DNA from: Eledone cirrhosa
Taxonomy: Eukaryota
Length of the DNA: 64,000 nucleotides
Direction: 5' to 3'
Assembly (NCBI GenBank): GCA_964016885.1
Contig: OZ024740.1
Coordinates: forward strand, 95,852,001 to 95,916,000
Made by a program: the position numbers and the translations under genes. The notes under the pieces are model-generated. The model did no database searches. It was given only the letters and a program-made list of their open reading frames with translations, and was not told the origin of the DNA. Shown in pieces: positions 11,044-24,046 of the stretch (positions are counted from its first letter, which is position 1; each line of letters begins with the position of its first letter).

Positions 11044-14000
11044 CCTTGAATCTCAGTCATTGATGTTGGTTAACTGGAAAGTCCGTTGGATTGAATATCA
11101 AGCCACTACCTGCAGCCTCAGATATTCAGGACGTATCGGAGGGTTCTTGCCGTTCCAAGCAAGCATGCCTTTTGAAGCGTTCCAAAAAGCGTGAAGGGGC
11201 CGATTTTCTTTAACCATCCCTGGAAACCTTTGGAGATAGTCCCCAGTGCGCCTATGACAATCGGGATCACTTTGACTTCATGGCAGTTCCAAATCCTTTT
11301 CACCTCCCACTTTAGGTCCTGGTATCGGTTAATTTTCTCCCTCTCCTTCTCTTGCACTCTCGTGTCGAACGGGCAGCCACATCCACAATCAGGCACGATC
11401 TTTTTTCTTTGTCCACAACCACCAGGTCAGGTCTATTGTGTTCCAGTTTTTTGTCCGTCTGTATCCTAAAATCCCACAGCACCTTCACCTGACTGTTCTC
11501 CATCACCGCCTCTGGCCTATGCTCATACCATTTCTCAGAATGTGGTAGATTGTTTACTTTGCACAGGTGCCAGTGGATCACCCTGCCCATCACATCGTGT
11601 CTCCAGCCCTTATAGTGGGTCTGGGCTAGGTGTTTACACTCGGACACAATGTGAGCCACAGTCTCCTCTCTCTCTCCACAGATCCTGCACAGTGGGCTAG
11701 CCTCCTCCTTGTAGATATGGTGCTTCAACCACTTCGTTTTGAGGGCCTGCTCCTGCGCAGCCATTAGCATTCCTTCTGTAGCCTTTTTGAGGTCTCCTCT
11801 TCTCAACCAGTTCCATGTCTGTGGATCTCTAAATTCAGTTTTCTCAAAGAAGGTACTATGAAGGGATTTTCCCTTAAGGCTGCTCTTCCTCCTTGATGTT
11901 ATTTCCTCCTTGGGTATCCCCTGGCCTATTCTCCCCTCCTTCAGTACAGCTCTGAGCATTGGCTCCTTACTATAGGTCACGTATTTGTATAGGTTGTTTT
12001 TCTCCATCTGAACACAGTCCTCTATGCTGATAAGACCTCTTCCACCCTCAGATCTCCTTAGGTAGAGTCTATCGACATCACTCCTCTTGTGGAACATGTT
12101 GTAGATAGTCAATAGCTTCCTAGTCTTCCTATCCATTTCTTTTTGTTCAGCAACATTCCATCTCAGAATTCCCGCACTGTACCTAATAATAGACACAGCT
12201 CGGGAATTTACTGCGCTTATGGCATTTCTGCTGTTCAGATGTGACTTCAATACGCTCCTTACTCTCCGAATGTATTCAGTTCTTAACAATTCCTTCATTT
12301 TTTTGTTCTTTATGCCATCAGCCTCCAGAACGCCCAAATACTTGTATCCTTCCTCAGAGTCAATTTCCTTTATCATCTCACCTGTTGGTATCTGGATCCC
12401 GTTACTTCTGCTCAACCTACCCCTCCTCATCACAATGACTCCACATTTACCAATACCAAACTGCATACATATATCACTGCTGAAAATACGGACAGTGTCA
12501 ACAAGCACATCCAACTCCTTCTCACTTTTCCCGAAGAGCTTAAGATCGTCCATGAAGAGGAGGTGATTGATGGTAAGCTCTCCCCTTCCCAACTTGTATC
12601 CTGCTCTCACTTTTCGCAGCATAATGGTCAAGGGCATCAGGGCAAGGACAAACAACAGAGGGGACAGGCTATCTCCCTGGAAGATACCTCTCTTGATCTT
12701 CACGCTTCCCAAGGATACTCCAGTTGATGTCAACTCTGTCTCCCAGGACCCCGTACTCCTGCCCAGCAACTCTCTGATGTTATCTGCCACCCTGAAGATC
12801 TCCAGGCTTTTGGTGATCCAGGAATGAGGCACCATGTCAAATGCCTTTCTGTAGTCTATCCATCCCATGGCAAGATCAGTGTGTCTCCTCCTGCAATTCC
12901 CCATTACCATCTTATCAATAAGCAACTGGTCCTTTGTACCACGTGACTTCTTTCGGCATCCTTTCTGTTCGTCCGGCAACAAGTTGTTTGTGTGGAGGTG
13001 ATGGTAGATTTCCTCAGACACAATGCTCGTCAACAGTTTCCACATTACGGGCAGACATGTGATAGGTCTATAGTTGGTAACATCATTACCCTTGATTCGG
13101 TCTTTCATTATCAGAACTGTGGTACCTTTTGTCAACCACTCTGGCACCTCACCCGACACCAAGCAGTCATTGAACATGGCCGTCAGCTTCGGGTGGAGGG
13201 ATGTTAAATGTTTAATCCAATACCCCTGCACACCATCTGGGCCTGGTGATTTCCAGTTGGTTAGTTTTTTGGCTTGCCCCTTAAGAGTTTCAACTGTGAT
13301 ACTCAAATCAGTCTGTTGCTGTGCCTGCTCACCGATCTCCCTCTGTACTGTCTCAATCCACCCTGCCTGGGCATTGTGTCTAACATCCTGCTCCCATATT
13401 CCTCTCCAGAATGTTTTAGCTTGTTCCGCCCCAGGGATCAAGTCGGTGCCTCTTTCTTTCCCCTCAAGCTGTCCAAACAGCATCTTCTGGTTGTTGTCGA
13501 ACATGCGGTTCTGTTTATACTGACTGACTCTGTTCTCGTATCGCCTGATTTTGGCACTCTTTGCTACAATGCGTTGCTTCAATTCCTCTATGATAATATT
13601 TAGCTTTTTACTCCTAGTTTTGTATTTTATTTCCAGTCTATTTTTAGTGCCTATGTTTTTTAGTGTCCCATTCAGTAGTGACTCAAGCTTTCCTATGTCA
13701 TTTCTCATTTCCCCGATTTGCCCACTCAGTCGCTTCTTCCACCACGGCTCTGCTCTTTCTTGTCTGTTGTTTCCTCTCGCTTTTATACCAAGTAGTTTCC
13801 TCACCGTATTTGCTGTTGCTTTGAGGATATTGTTGCACTGGTGAAGACTCCTCGCCTCAAGGTATGGGATGACTTTGTTTACCTTAGCTGTTGTTTCTTT
13901 TAACTTTTTCCTGTCTACAAATCTTAGGTTCATAGGTCTCCCACTATCATTGTTCAACTCATCTACCACTAAATTTAGGATGTCAACCGAATCTTGTCCT

Positions 14001-15549
14001 AGCCCGTCAGCATTCATCTCCTCAGTGGCCGTATCTCTGTTCCAGGTATTATTTATCTCAGTATTCAGATCATTGTCTGCTTCGGGTGGTTCCTCCGCTC
14101 TCAGGACCTCCTCACCTTCATTTCCCGCCGGCTCGCTTGTCTGGCATACTACACCCGCCATCTCCAAGCCATTCTCTCTGCTCAGTTCCTCCAGTTCCAG
14201 CTCGCTTATCCACCCATTAGTTCTTATTACCCGAGCCTGCCCGGCCAATTTTTGTTCATCTAATTTAAATAAACCAATCTCGTTCCAGATGTTATGCATC
14301 CGTCTCCTGTAGCCCCTCTCCTTGGGGTTACTTTTCAGGTAGCATTGCATAACAGTTCTATTCAATTCTTTCGTCCAGTTGGTTCTGGCCCCTTTCCTTC
14401 TTCTTCTTCCTCCAACATCAGCAGTATTTCGTTGACAGTCAGGTTCCTGCTGCTGAGCCAGGGGGCACCTGTTGGGTGAGAGTCTGTCACATGACGTTCT
14501 AGTCTCCATTTCACCGTTATTCGAACTGTTTATGTTCGATATTTAAACACTCTTATCGAGGATTGGCGAATGTATGTTTACATAGCCATCTGTGGATCCG
14601 CCATCCCACTTGGCCCTTGTGTGGCATTATCACCACGCTGTATACGGACACACATAAACAAACAAACACACGGGCAGAAAGGGCCCCAAAAATGAATAAG
14701 CATAAGTTTCATTGTAATGTAGTATTCGAATGTCTGACTTAGTTTTTGTTTTTTAAGTTTTACTTTTTCCCCCCTCTTCTCTGTCCGTCCGCCTGCCTCT
14801 CTCTTCATTCTTATTTTCTTTACGTTTTGGGGGTTTCTTTTTTTGTTTTTGTTTTTCTCTGTTTTTCTCGTTTTTTACTGTTGTTGCTGTGCTGCTTTTG
14901 TTGTTTATTTTTTCTTTTTTCTTTTGAGTCTATCTATATATTTTGATGCCTTCCTCTTTTTTAGCAGTAGGGATTCTATAATGTGGTGGCAGCAGCCAGC
15001 TAAAAGAAGAAGTGGGAGACTGGCGGCGGTAGCGATACTGAGACAGTGGTGGTGGTGATGTCGATACCGAGACAGTGGTGGCGGTGATGTGACCGTATTA
15101 CTGTAGCGATGGTGCTGTAGCGGTGGCAGCAGTGAAGGAGTGAAGGGGTGGTGGCGGCGGTGATGGGATAATGGTTGTAATGATGGCCGTAGTGATCGGT
15201 GGTGGTTTAGTGTACACAGGTGATAGGGTGGGTGGTGTATCTAGTTTCTGGTGTTGGTGAGTTTGGCTGTTCTATATAGTGTATACAGAGGAGGAGGGGG
15301 GGGGGTTCTTCTTCCATTTATAGCCATTTTCTTTTTTGGATATACAGTGTACAATACAAAGTTGAATATTTGAATATTTGAGCCTTATAACAATATATTT
15401 TGGGTCCGAATTTTTTGGGGCTCAAGCCGGGTGCTTTACGTAGCATTTGTACTAAGAGTTGTTATTTCACAAATGGTTTAAATATGTTAAAAATTCAAAA
15501 CTTACGGGAGCGATTTCATGACCTCCGTCACCTCGTGCGTCTTCTTCCC
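11044..15549 (-). mobile_element. Dong family A copy A3 (full length, ~4.5 kb, nearly intact)
   Basis: ~1.04-kb 5' UTR, single ORF, 74-bp 3' UTR, (TAA)n on both sides. Confidence 0.95.
11118..14509 (-). pseudogene. Dong-A3 ORF (~1130 aa if repaired): N-terminal Myb-like region, RT, CCHC, RLE; one 1-bp deletion near 11376
   Basis: 1065-aa ORF plus the 11118-11396 frame. A3 reads gggcagccac where A1, A2 and A4 read gggcaggccac. Confidence 0.92.

Positions 15550-15620
<71 letters not shown>
15550..15620. repeat. (TAA)n spacer/target between A3 and B1
   Basis: Direct reading. Confidence 0.95.
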
Positions 15621-15624
<4 letters not shown>

Positions 15625-18310
15625 TTGCATTTATCTTGCTTTATGTTCATACGAGTTATCACCAAGTCACAACCAGTGACCTCAAGAGACAACAAGGTCC
15701 GCCATGTTCAAGAAAGAACATACATATTCACACATGCATCTTTAGTGTTTAGACTTGTGATGTACTTATATTGACAGAATCTTCCTTAGTATATGGGCAG
15801 TTCCCATTAGTACTATCTTTTGTATTTCTCCTATACGCTGGTTTCCTGGGATTTGCGATAAGTAATCATTAGACCCCTTAGGTATCATTCCCAGAGCGCC
15901 TACAACCACTCCGTATTGTTTTAGTTCTCAATTTCCACATTTTTTCTAATTTCTATCTCCAGGTCCTTATACTTGCTCAATTTTTCAAATGTTCTTATTG
16001 ATACATTCTTGTATATTGGAACAGACATATCAATTAGCAGGCATACCCTCTTTTTAAAGTCCTTCAATATTATATCAGGTCTATTTGCATCTATTTTTCG
16101 GTTTGTATGGATGCTAAAGTTCCACAAGATTGAGATGTGTTCTTTTTCAACTATTGGAGGTGGTTGATGCTCCCACCAATTCTTTTGATGGGGCAGGTCA
16201 AAATGCTTACACATTATCCAATGTATGTATTGTGCAGCTCTGTCATGCCTGTTTAGGTATTCGGTTGGAGCTATAGGACTGCACATTGAAATTATACGGT
16301 CAATGGTCTCTGGTTGTTTTTTGCATACACGGCATAATGGGCTGCATCCATTTTTTATTATGTTGGCTTGGTAATTTTTTATTGGCAGACACTGATCTTG
16401 TGCTGATATAATCGGTCCTTCAGTCTCCGATTTCAGTCCAGAGGATGCCAACCACTGATGGTTTAAAGTTTTGTCAACATCAGGATTGTTAGCTCGCTCT
16501 AGGTATTTTCAATACAGAGGCTTTTCTTGCCATTTCTTAGCCAGTTTCTGTAGCAGTTCTTTCTTTGCAGTTACTTTTACCTGCTTTGCCTTTTCTGTGT
16601 TTTCCATTTCAGCAGTAAACGGGACTTCTGAAATGTGTAGTCCATTACTGTATCTTTGTGCATCTTTTGTAATGGAATATGATCTTTTGATGCTTTCGTG
16701 TTTCAAAACGAGTTTGATCATCCAATCATGTGATTTCCTTAGATATGTAGATAATCCAATTGTTGCAGTTTTCAACACAATGTCTAACTGGATTATGCCA
16801 CGTCCTCCTTCTTTCCTAGTGAGATATATTCTATCTATATCTGCCTTAGGGTGATGCATTCTGTGCATGGTTAAGAATTTTCGAATGTTTGTATCGAGCC
16901 TACGGATCTCTGTGCTTGACCAGTTGATGACATTGTAACTGTTGGTTACTACTGGTATGGCAAGCGTGTTTATGGCATCGATCCTATTCCTTGCATTCAA
17001 TTCCGTTCTTAAGATTGCTCTTACTCTTCGGTAACATTCCTTCCTTATCCTTTCCCTCATTGTCGAGTGCTTGATTCTGTCTCCTTCACAAACACCTAGA
17101 TATTTGTAAGTTTTTTCTTGATCAAGTTCTCTTATCACGTTCCCCCGATTAAGATTAATGTCTGAACTCTTCAGCAGCTTTCCTCTGGTGAACGTTGCTT
17201 TGGCGCATTTATCTAGTCCAAACTCCATTTTAATGTCATCACTGAACTGCTCCTAGGTGGATAATAGCCCTTGCAATTGTTCATCATTTTTTGCAAATAG
17301 TTTCAGGTCATCCATGTAGAACAAGTGATTAATGGTTTTGTCATAGACTTTATGTCCATGTTTTGTTTCATTGAGCATTTTACTTAATGGTATAAGTGCG
17401 ATGCAGAATAAAAGCGGTGATAAAGAGTCACCCTGAAAAATTCCACAATTAATATTAACTTCTCCAGCTTCCAGTGATTTTGTTTCACTATTCAAAAGGA
17501 GTGTCGTTTTCCATGTCTTCATACTGAATGACAAAAACCTCCTGACAAAGGGGGATATTTTGAAAATCTCTAAACATTTTTCAATCCAACTGTGTGGCAA
17601 ACTATCGAATGCTTTTTTATAATCTATCCAAGCAATCGATAGTTTTTTGTGTCTATTATGACAAACTTCCAGTATTATTTTGTTAACCAGAAGCTGATCC
17701 TTACAGCCATATGAGCCTCGTTTACACCCTTTCTGCTCAATGGGAAATAGGTCATTTGTTATCAGGTGGTCATATGTGTATTCAGTTAGGACTGATGTTA
17801 AAATGTTATACATTGTGGTCAAGCAAGTTATCGGTCTGTAATTTTTGGGATTGTTTGTCTCATCATTCTTCGGAAGCAGGAATGTAATGCCGTTAACTAG
17901 CCATTATGATATCATTTCTGGCTCCTTCACTATTTCATTGTAAAGTTGGGCTAACAGCTCATGAGACTCTGTGAAGGCATTTATCCAAAAGTTTTGTATT
18001 TTGTCTTTTCCTGGGGATTTCTATTTGCTGGTTTTTCTTAGAGCCAAGTGCAACTGTTCAACTGTAATATTTTCCCATATTTGTTCCTCAAGGTGAGCTG
18101 TATCTTTCATTTGTCTGTCTGTCCATGGGGCATGTATGTTATGAACTTTTACTTCGGCCCAGATCTTTTCCCAGAATTCTTGCACTTCCTCCTTGGGTGG
18201 TATTGATTTAGCAGTTATTGTTGACTCACCAATTTTTCTGTAGAAGTTTCTTTGGTTGTTTTTGAACATATTATTGTCCTTATAGAATCATAATCGTTTT
18301 TGAAATCGCC
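15621..18310 (-). mobile_element. R4/Dong-clade family B copy B1 (5'-truncated, degenerate RT-RLE)
   Basis: ORF pieces with WIDYKKAFD, GIFQGDSLSP, LFYMDD, CRVC..ETID, RHD, NRPDII..DMSVP. Its 3' UTR differs from family A. Confidence 0.9.
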
Positions 18311-18324
18311 TTATTATTATTATT

Positions 18325-19113
18325 ATAGTTGCATTTATCTTGCTTTATGTTCATACGAGTTATCACCAAGTCACAACCAGTGACCTCAAGAGACAACAAG
18401 GTCCGCCATGTTCAAGAAAGAACATACATATTCACACATGCATCTTTAGTGTTTAGACTTGTGATGTACTTATATTGACAGAATCTTCCTTAGTATATGG
18501 GCAGTTCCCATTAGTACTATCTTTTGTATTTCTCCTATACGCGGGTTTCCTGGGATTTGCGATAAGTAATCATTAGACCCCTTAGGTATCATTCCCAGAG
18601 CGCCTACAACCACTGGTATTGTTTTAGTTCTCAATTTCCACATTTTTCCAATTTCTATCTCCAGGTCCTTATACTTGCTCAATTTTTCAAATGTTTTTAT
18701 AGATACATTCTTGTCTATTGGAACAGACATATCAATTAGCAGGCATACCCTCTTTTGAAAGTCCTTCAATATTATATCAGGTCTATTTGCATCTATTTTT
18801 CGGTCTTTTTGGATGCTAAAGTTCCACAAGATTGAGATGTGATCTTTTTCAAGTATGGGAGGTGGTTGATGCTCCCACCAATTCTTTTGATGGGGCAGGT
18901 CAAGATGCTTACACATTATCCAATGTATGTATTGTGCAGCTCTGTCACGCCTGTTTAGGTATTCGGTTGGAGCTATAGGACTGCACATTGAAATTATATG
19001 GTCAATGGTCTCTGGTTGTTTTTTGCATACACGGCATAATGGGCTGCATCCATTTTTTATTATGTTGGCTTGGTAATTTTTTGTTGGCAGACACTGATCT
19101 TGTGCTGATATAA
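18325..19113 (-). mobile_element. Dong family B copy B2 (short 5'-truncated copy, RLE domain and 3' UTR)
   Basis: 3' end matches B1; (TTA)n spacer at 18311-18325. Confidence 0.9.
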
Positions 19114-19142
19114 TTATTGTTATTATTAATATTGTTGTTATT

Positions 19143-22100
19143 CCTTGAATCTCAGTCATTGATGTTGGTTAACTGGAAAGTCCGTTGGAATGAATATCAA
19201 GACACTACCTGCAACCTCAGATATTCAGGACGTATCGGAGGGTTCTTGCTGTTCCAAGCAAGCATGCCTTTTGAAGCGTTCCAAAAAGCGTGACGGGGCC
19301 GATTTTCTTTAACCATCCCTGGAAACTTGTGGAGATAGTCCCCAGTGTGCCTATGACAATCGGGATCACTTTGATTTCATGGCAGTTCCAAATCCTTTTC
19401 ACCTCCCACTTTAGGTCCTGGTATCGGTTAATTTTCTCACTCTCCTTCTCTTGCACTCTCGTGTCGAAAGGGCAGGCCACATCCACAATCAGACACCATC
19501 TTTTTTTCTTTGTCCACAACCACCAGGTCAGGTCTATTGTGTTCCCGTTTTTTCTCCGTCTGTATCCTAAAATCCCACAGCACCTTCACCTGATTGGTCT
19601 CCATCACCGCCTCTGGCCTATGCTCATACCATTTCTCAGAGTGTGGTAAATTGTTTACTTTGCCCAGGTGCCAGTGGATCACTAAGTTTAGGATATCTAC
19701 CAAATCTTGTCCTAGCCCGTCAGCATTCATCTCCTCAGTGGCCGTATCTCTGTTCCAGGTATTATTTATCTCAGCATTCAGATCATTGTCTGTTTCGGGT
19801 GGTTCCTCCGTTCTCTCGACTCTTCACCTTCATTTCCCACTGGCTCGTTTGCCTGGCATACTCCACCCTCCATCTCCAAGCTAATCTCTCTGCCCAGTTC
19901 CTCCAGTTCCAGCTCGCTTATCCACCCATAAGTTCTTATTACCCGAGCCTGCCCGGCCAGTTTTTGTTCATCTAATTTAAATGGACCAATCTCGTTCCAG
20001 ATGTTATGTATCCTTTTCCTATAGCCTTTCTCCTTGGGGTTACTCTTCAGGTAACATTGCATAACAGTTCTATTCAATTCTTTCGTCCAGTTGGTTCTGG
20101 TCCCTTTCCTTCTTCTTCTTCCTCCGACCCAGCAGTATTTTGTTGACAGCCAGTTCCCTGCTGCTGAGCCAGGGAGCACCTGTTGGGTGAGAATCTGTCA
20201 GATGACATTCTAGTCTCCATTTTACCGTTATTCGAACTGTTTAGGTTCGACATTTAAACACTCTTATCGAGGATTGGCGAATGTATGGTTACAAAACCAC
20301 CGGTCAATTACTTGTATCCGGTTGTTTCGTCACTCCACGTGACTTTTGTGTGGCATTATCACGCTGTACACGAACCCAAACAAACAAACAAACAAACAGG
20401 CAGAAAAAACGCCAAAATGAATAAGCATAAGTTTCATTGTAATGTAGTGTTTGAATGTCTGACTTAGTTTTTCCATTCCCTTCTCTGTCCGTCCGTTTGT
20501 TTTTCTCTTCATTTTTATTTCCTTTACGTGTTTTTTTGTTGCTGTGCTGCTTTGATTTTGATTTTTGTTGTTTTTTTTTTTTTGATTTTGACCGGGTCAT
20601 CAATTCAGTCTATTTATATATTTTGATGTTTTCCTCTTTTAGTGGGAATTCTACAATGTAGCAGCGGATAGCGGGAGAGAATAGCGGCGGTAGTGATACT
20701 GAGGCAGCGGCGGCGGGGTGTGTGTATGGGGGGGGGGGCGGTGCTGTGCTAGCAGCAACTAGCAGGAGGTAGTGGGAGGGAATAGAGGCGGTAGCGATAG
20801 TGAGGAAGCGGTGGTGGTGATGTCGTCGCATTACTGTAGTGATGGTGTTGAAGTTGGAGTAGAAATTTGAGTCGACTTGACCAGAGTTTTCATCGTGGTA
20901 GTGGTGGTGGTATTGGTGGTGAAATTATCTTTAGTGAAATTATCGTTAGTCGCGTATATGTGTTGACATTTACCCATAATAGTGGATTTAAACATTTTGT
21001 TAAAACTAAAACTTGATTTTGATTATTGTTTTTTTTGTTTTTTTTTATCGGGTCATCAATTCAGTCTATTTATATATTTCGATGTTTTTCTCTTTTAGTG
21101 AGAATTCAACAATGTAACAGGGGTTAGCGGGAGAGAATAGCGGCGGTAGTGATAGTGAGGCAGCGGCGGCGGTGGCGGTGCTGTGCTAGCAGCAACTAGC
21201 ATGAGGTAGTGGGAGAGAATAGCGGCAGTAGCGATAGTGAGGCAGCGGTGGTGGTGATGTGGTCGTATTACTGTAGTGATGGTGTTGAAGTTGGAGTAGA
21301 AGTTTGAGTCGACTTGACCAGAGTTTTCATCGTGGTACTGGTGGCGTTATTGGTGGTGAAATTATCTTTAGTGAAATTATCGTTAGTCGCGTATATGCGT
21401 TGACATTTACCCATAATATTGGAATTAAACATTTTGTTAAAACTAAAACTTGATTTTGATTATTGTTTGTTTTTTTAATTTTTATTTTGATCGGGTCATC
21501 AATTCAGTATATTTATATATTTCGATGTTTTCCTCTTTTAGTGAGAATTCTACAATGTAGCAGGGGGTAGCGGGAGAGAATAGCGGCGGTAGTGATATTG
21601 AGGCAGCGGCGGCTGTGGCGGTGCTGTACTAGCAGCAACTAGCAGGTAGTAGTGGGAGAGAATAGCGGTGGTCGTATTATTGTAGTGATGGTGTTGAAGT
21701 TGGAGTAGAAATGTGAGTCGACTTGACCAGAGTTTTTATCGTGGTAGTGGTGGTGGTATTGGTGGTGAAATTATCTTTAGTGAAATTATCGTTAGTCGCG
21801 TGTATGTGTTGACATTTACCCATAATATTGGTTTAAACATTTTGTTAAAACTAAAACTTGAGGCAATAGTAATAGTAATTATTATTATTATGCTGAGATT
21901 GGTGGTGGTGGTGGTGAAATTGCCGTTATCGGGCTGTTGTGTTTAGTGTACACAAACGGATGATGGGTTAGGTGGTGTATCTAGTTTCTGATGTTGGTGA
22001 AATTGCTGTTATTTGGCTGGTCTATATAGTGTAGACAGAGGGGGTTTCCTTCCATTTATAACCATTTTCTTTTTGAATATAAAATGTATAATACAAAATT

Positions 22101-22279
22101 GAATATTTGAGCGATATAACAATATATTGTGGATCCGAATTTTTTGGGACTCAAGCTGGATGTTTTATGCAACATTTGTACTAAGAATTGTTATTTCACA
22201 ATTGATTTAAATATGTTAAAAAAATCAAAACTTACGGGAGCGATTTCTCGACCTTCTATCCACCATGTGTCTTCTTGCC
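19143..22279 (-). mobile_element. Dong family A copy A4 with ~2.4-kb internal deletion (RT lost) and triplicated 5' UTR segment
   Basis: Both family A termini are present. A junction near 19682 joins N-terminal ...DILNLV to IHWHL... of the CCHC/RLE region. Confidence 0.9.
20555..21861. repeat. Three tandem ~410-460-bp units inside the A4 5' UTR
   Basis: Each unit carries cgggtcatcaattcagt near its start and ends in aaaactaaaacttga (ends at ~21016, 21453, 21861). Confidence 0.9.
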
Positions 22280-22581
22280 ATTATTATTATTATTATTTTT
22301 TTATTTTTATTTTTATTTTTCTTTTTCTTTTTCTTTTTCTTTTTCTTTTTCTTTTTCTTTTTCTTTTTCTTCTTTTTATTTATTTATTTTTTTTTATTTA
22401 TTTATTTATTTATTTATATTTTTTTTTTTATTATTTTTATATTTTTTTTTACTTTTTATTTTTTCTTTTTTTCATTTTTTTTTCCTTTTCTTTTTCTTTT
22501 TCTTTTTCTTTTTCTTTTTATTTTTATTTTTATTTTTATTTTTATTTTTATATATTTTTATTTTTATTTTTATTTTTTTTA

Positions 22582-22612
<31 letters not shown>

Positions 22613-24014
22613 TTTATTTTTATTTTTATTTTTATTTTTATTTTTATTTTTATTTTTATTTTTATTTTTATTTTTATTTTTATTTTTATTTTTATTTTTA
22701 TTTTTATTTTTATTTTTTATTTTTTTTATTTTATTTTTTTTTTATTTATTTTTTATTTTTTTTTTATTTTTTATTTTCTTTTTAGTTTTCTTTTTCTTTT
22801 TCTTTTTCTTTTTCTTTTTCTTTTTCTTTTATTTTTTTTTATTTTTATTTTTATTTTTATTTTTATTTTTATTTTTATTTTTATTTTTATTATTTTTATT
22901 TTTATTTTTATTTTTATTTTTATTTTTATTTTTACTTTCATTTTTATTTTTATTTTTATTTTTATTTTTATTTTTATTTTTATTTTTATTTTTATTTTTA
23001 TTTTTATTTTTATTTTTATTTTTATTTTTATTTTTATTTTTATTTTTATTTTTATTTTTATTTTTATTTTTATTTTTATTTTTATTTTTATTTTTATTTT
23101 TATTTTTATTTTTATTTTTATTTTTATTTTTATTTTTATTTTTATTTTCTTTTTTTTTCTTTTTATATTTATTTTTATTTTTATTTTTATTTTTATTATT
23201 TTTATTTTTATTTTTATTTTTATTTTTATTTTTATTTTTATTTTTATTTTTATTTTTATTTTTACTTTCATTTTTATTTTTATTTTTATTTTTATTTTTA
23301 TTTTTATTTTTATTTTTACTTTCATTTTTATTTTTATTTTTATTTTTATTTTTATTTTTAATTTTAATTTTATTTTTATTTTTATTTTTTATTTTTTTTA
23401 TTTGATTTTTTTTAATTTATTTTTTATTTTTTTTTTATTTTTAATTTTCTTTTTCTTTTTAGTTTTCTTTTTCGTTTTCTTTTTCTTTTTCTTTTTCTTT
23501 TTCTTTTTTTTTTCTTTTTCTTTTTCTTTTCTTTTTTTTATTTTTATTTTTATTTTTATTTTTATTTTTATTATTTTTATTTTTATTTTTATTTTTATTT
23601 TTATTTTTATTTTTACTTTCATTTTTATTTTTATTTTTATTTTTATTTTTATTTTTATTTTTATTTTTATTTTTATTTTTATTTTTATTTTTATTTTTAT
23701 TTTTATTTTTCTTTTTCTTTTTCTTTTTCTTTTTCTTTTTCTTTTTCTTTTTCTTTTTCTTTTTCTTTTTCTTTTTCTTTTTCTTTTCTTTTTTTTCTTT
23801 TTCTTTTTATTTTTATTTTTATTTTTAATTTTATTTTTATTTTTACTTTCATTTTTATTTTTATTTTTATTTTTATTTTTATTTTTATTTTTATTTTTAT
23901 TTTTATTTTTATTTTTATTTTTATTTTTATTTTTATTTTTATTTTTATTTTTATTTTTATTTTTATTTTTATTTTTATTTTTATTTTTATTTTTATTTTT
24001 CTTGTCCTTTTTTT

Positions 24015-24043
<29 letters not shown>
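22280..24043. repeat. Compound microsatellite (TTA)n - (TTTTTA)n/(TTTTTC)n - (CTT)n, ~1.76 kb
   Basis: Direct reading; almost no G on the + strand. Confidence 0.97.

Positions 24044-24046
<3 letters not shown>

Noticed and set aside
19114-19159. N-terminus MTEIQGITTILIITII of the 229-aa ORF
   Set aside because: It reads through the A4 3' end and the TAA spacer into truncated B2; a chimeric artefact.
20555-21861. Regularly spaced repeats as a possible CRISPR array
   Set aside because: Long full-unit tandem duplications inside a retrotransposon UTR, with no unique spacers and no cas genes.
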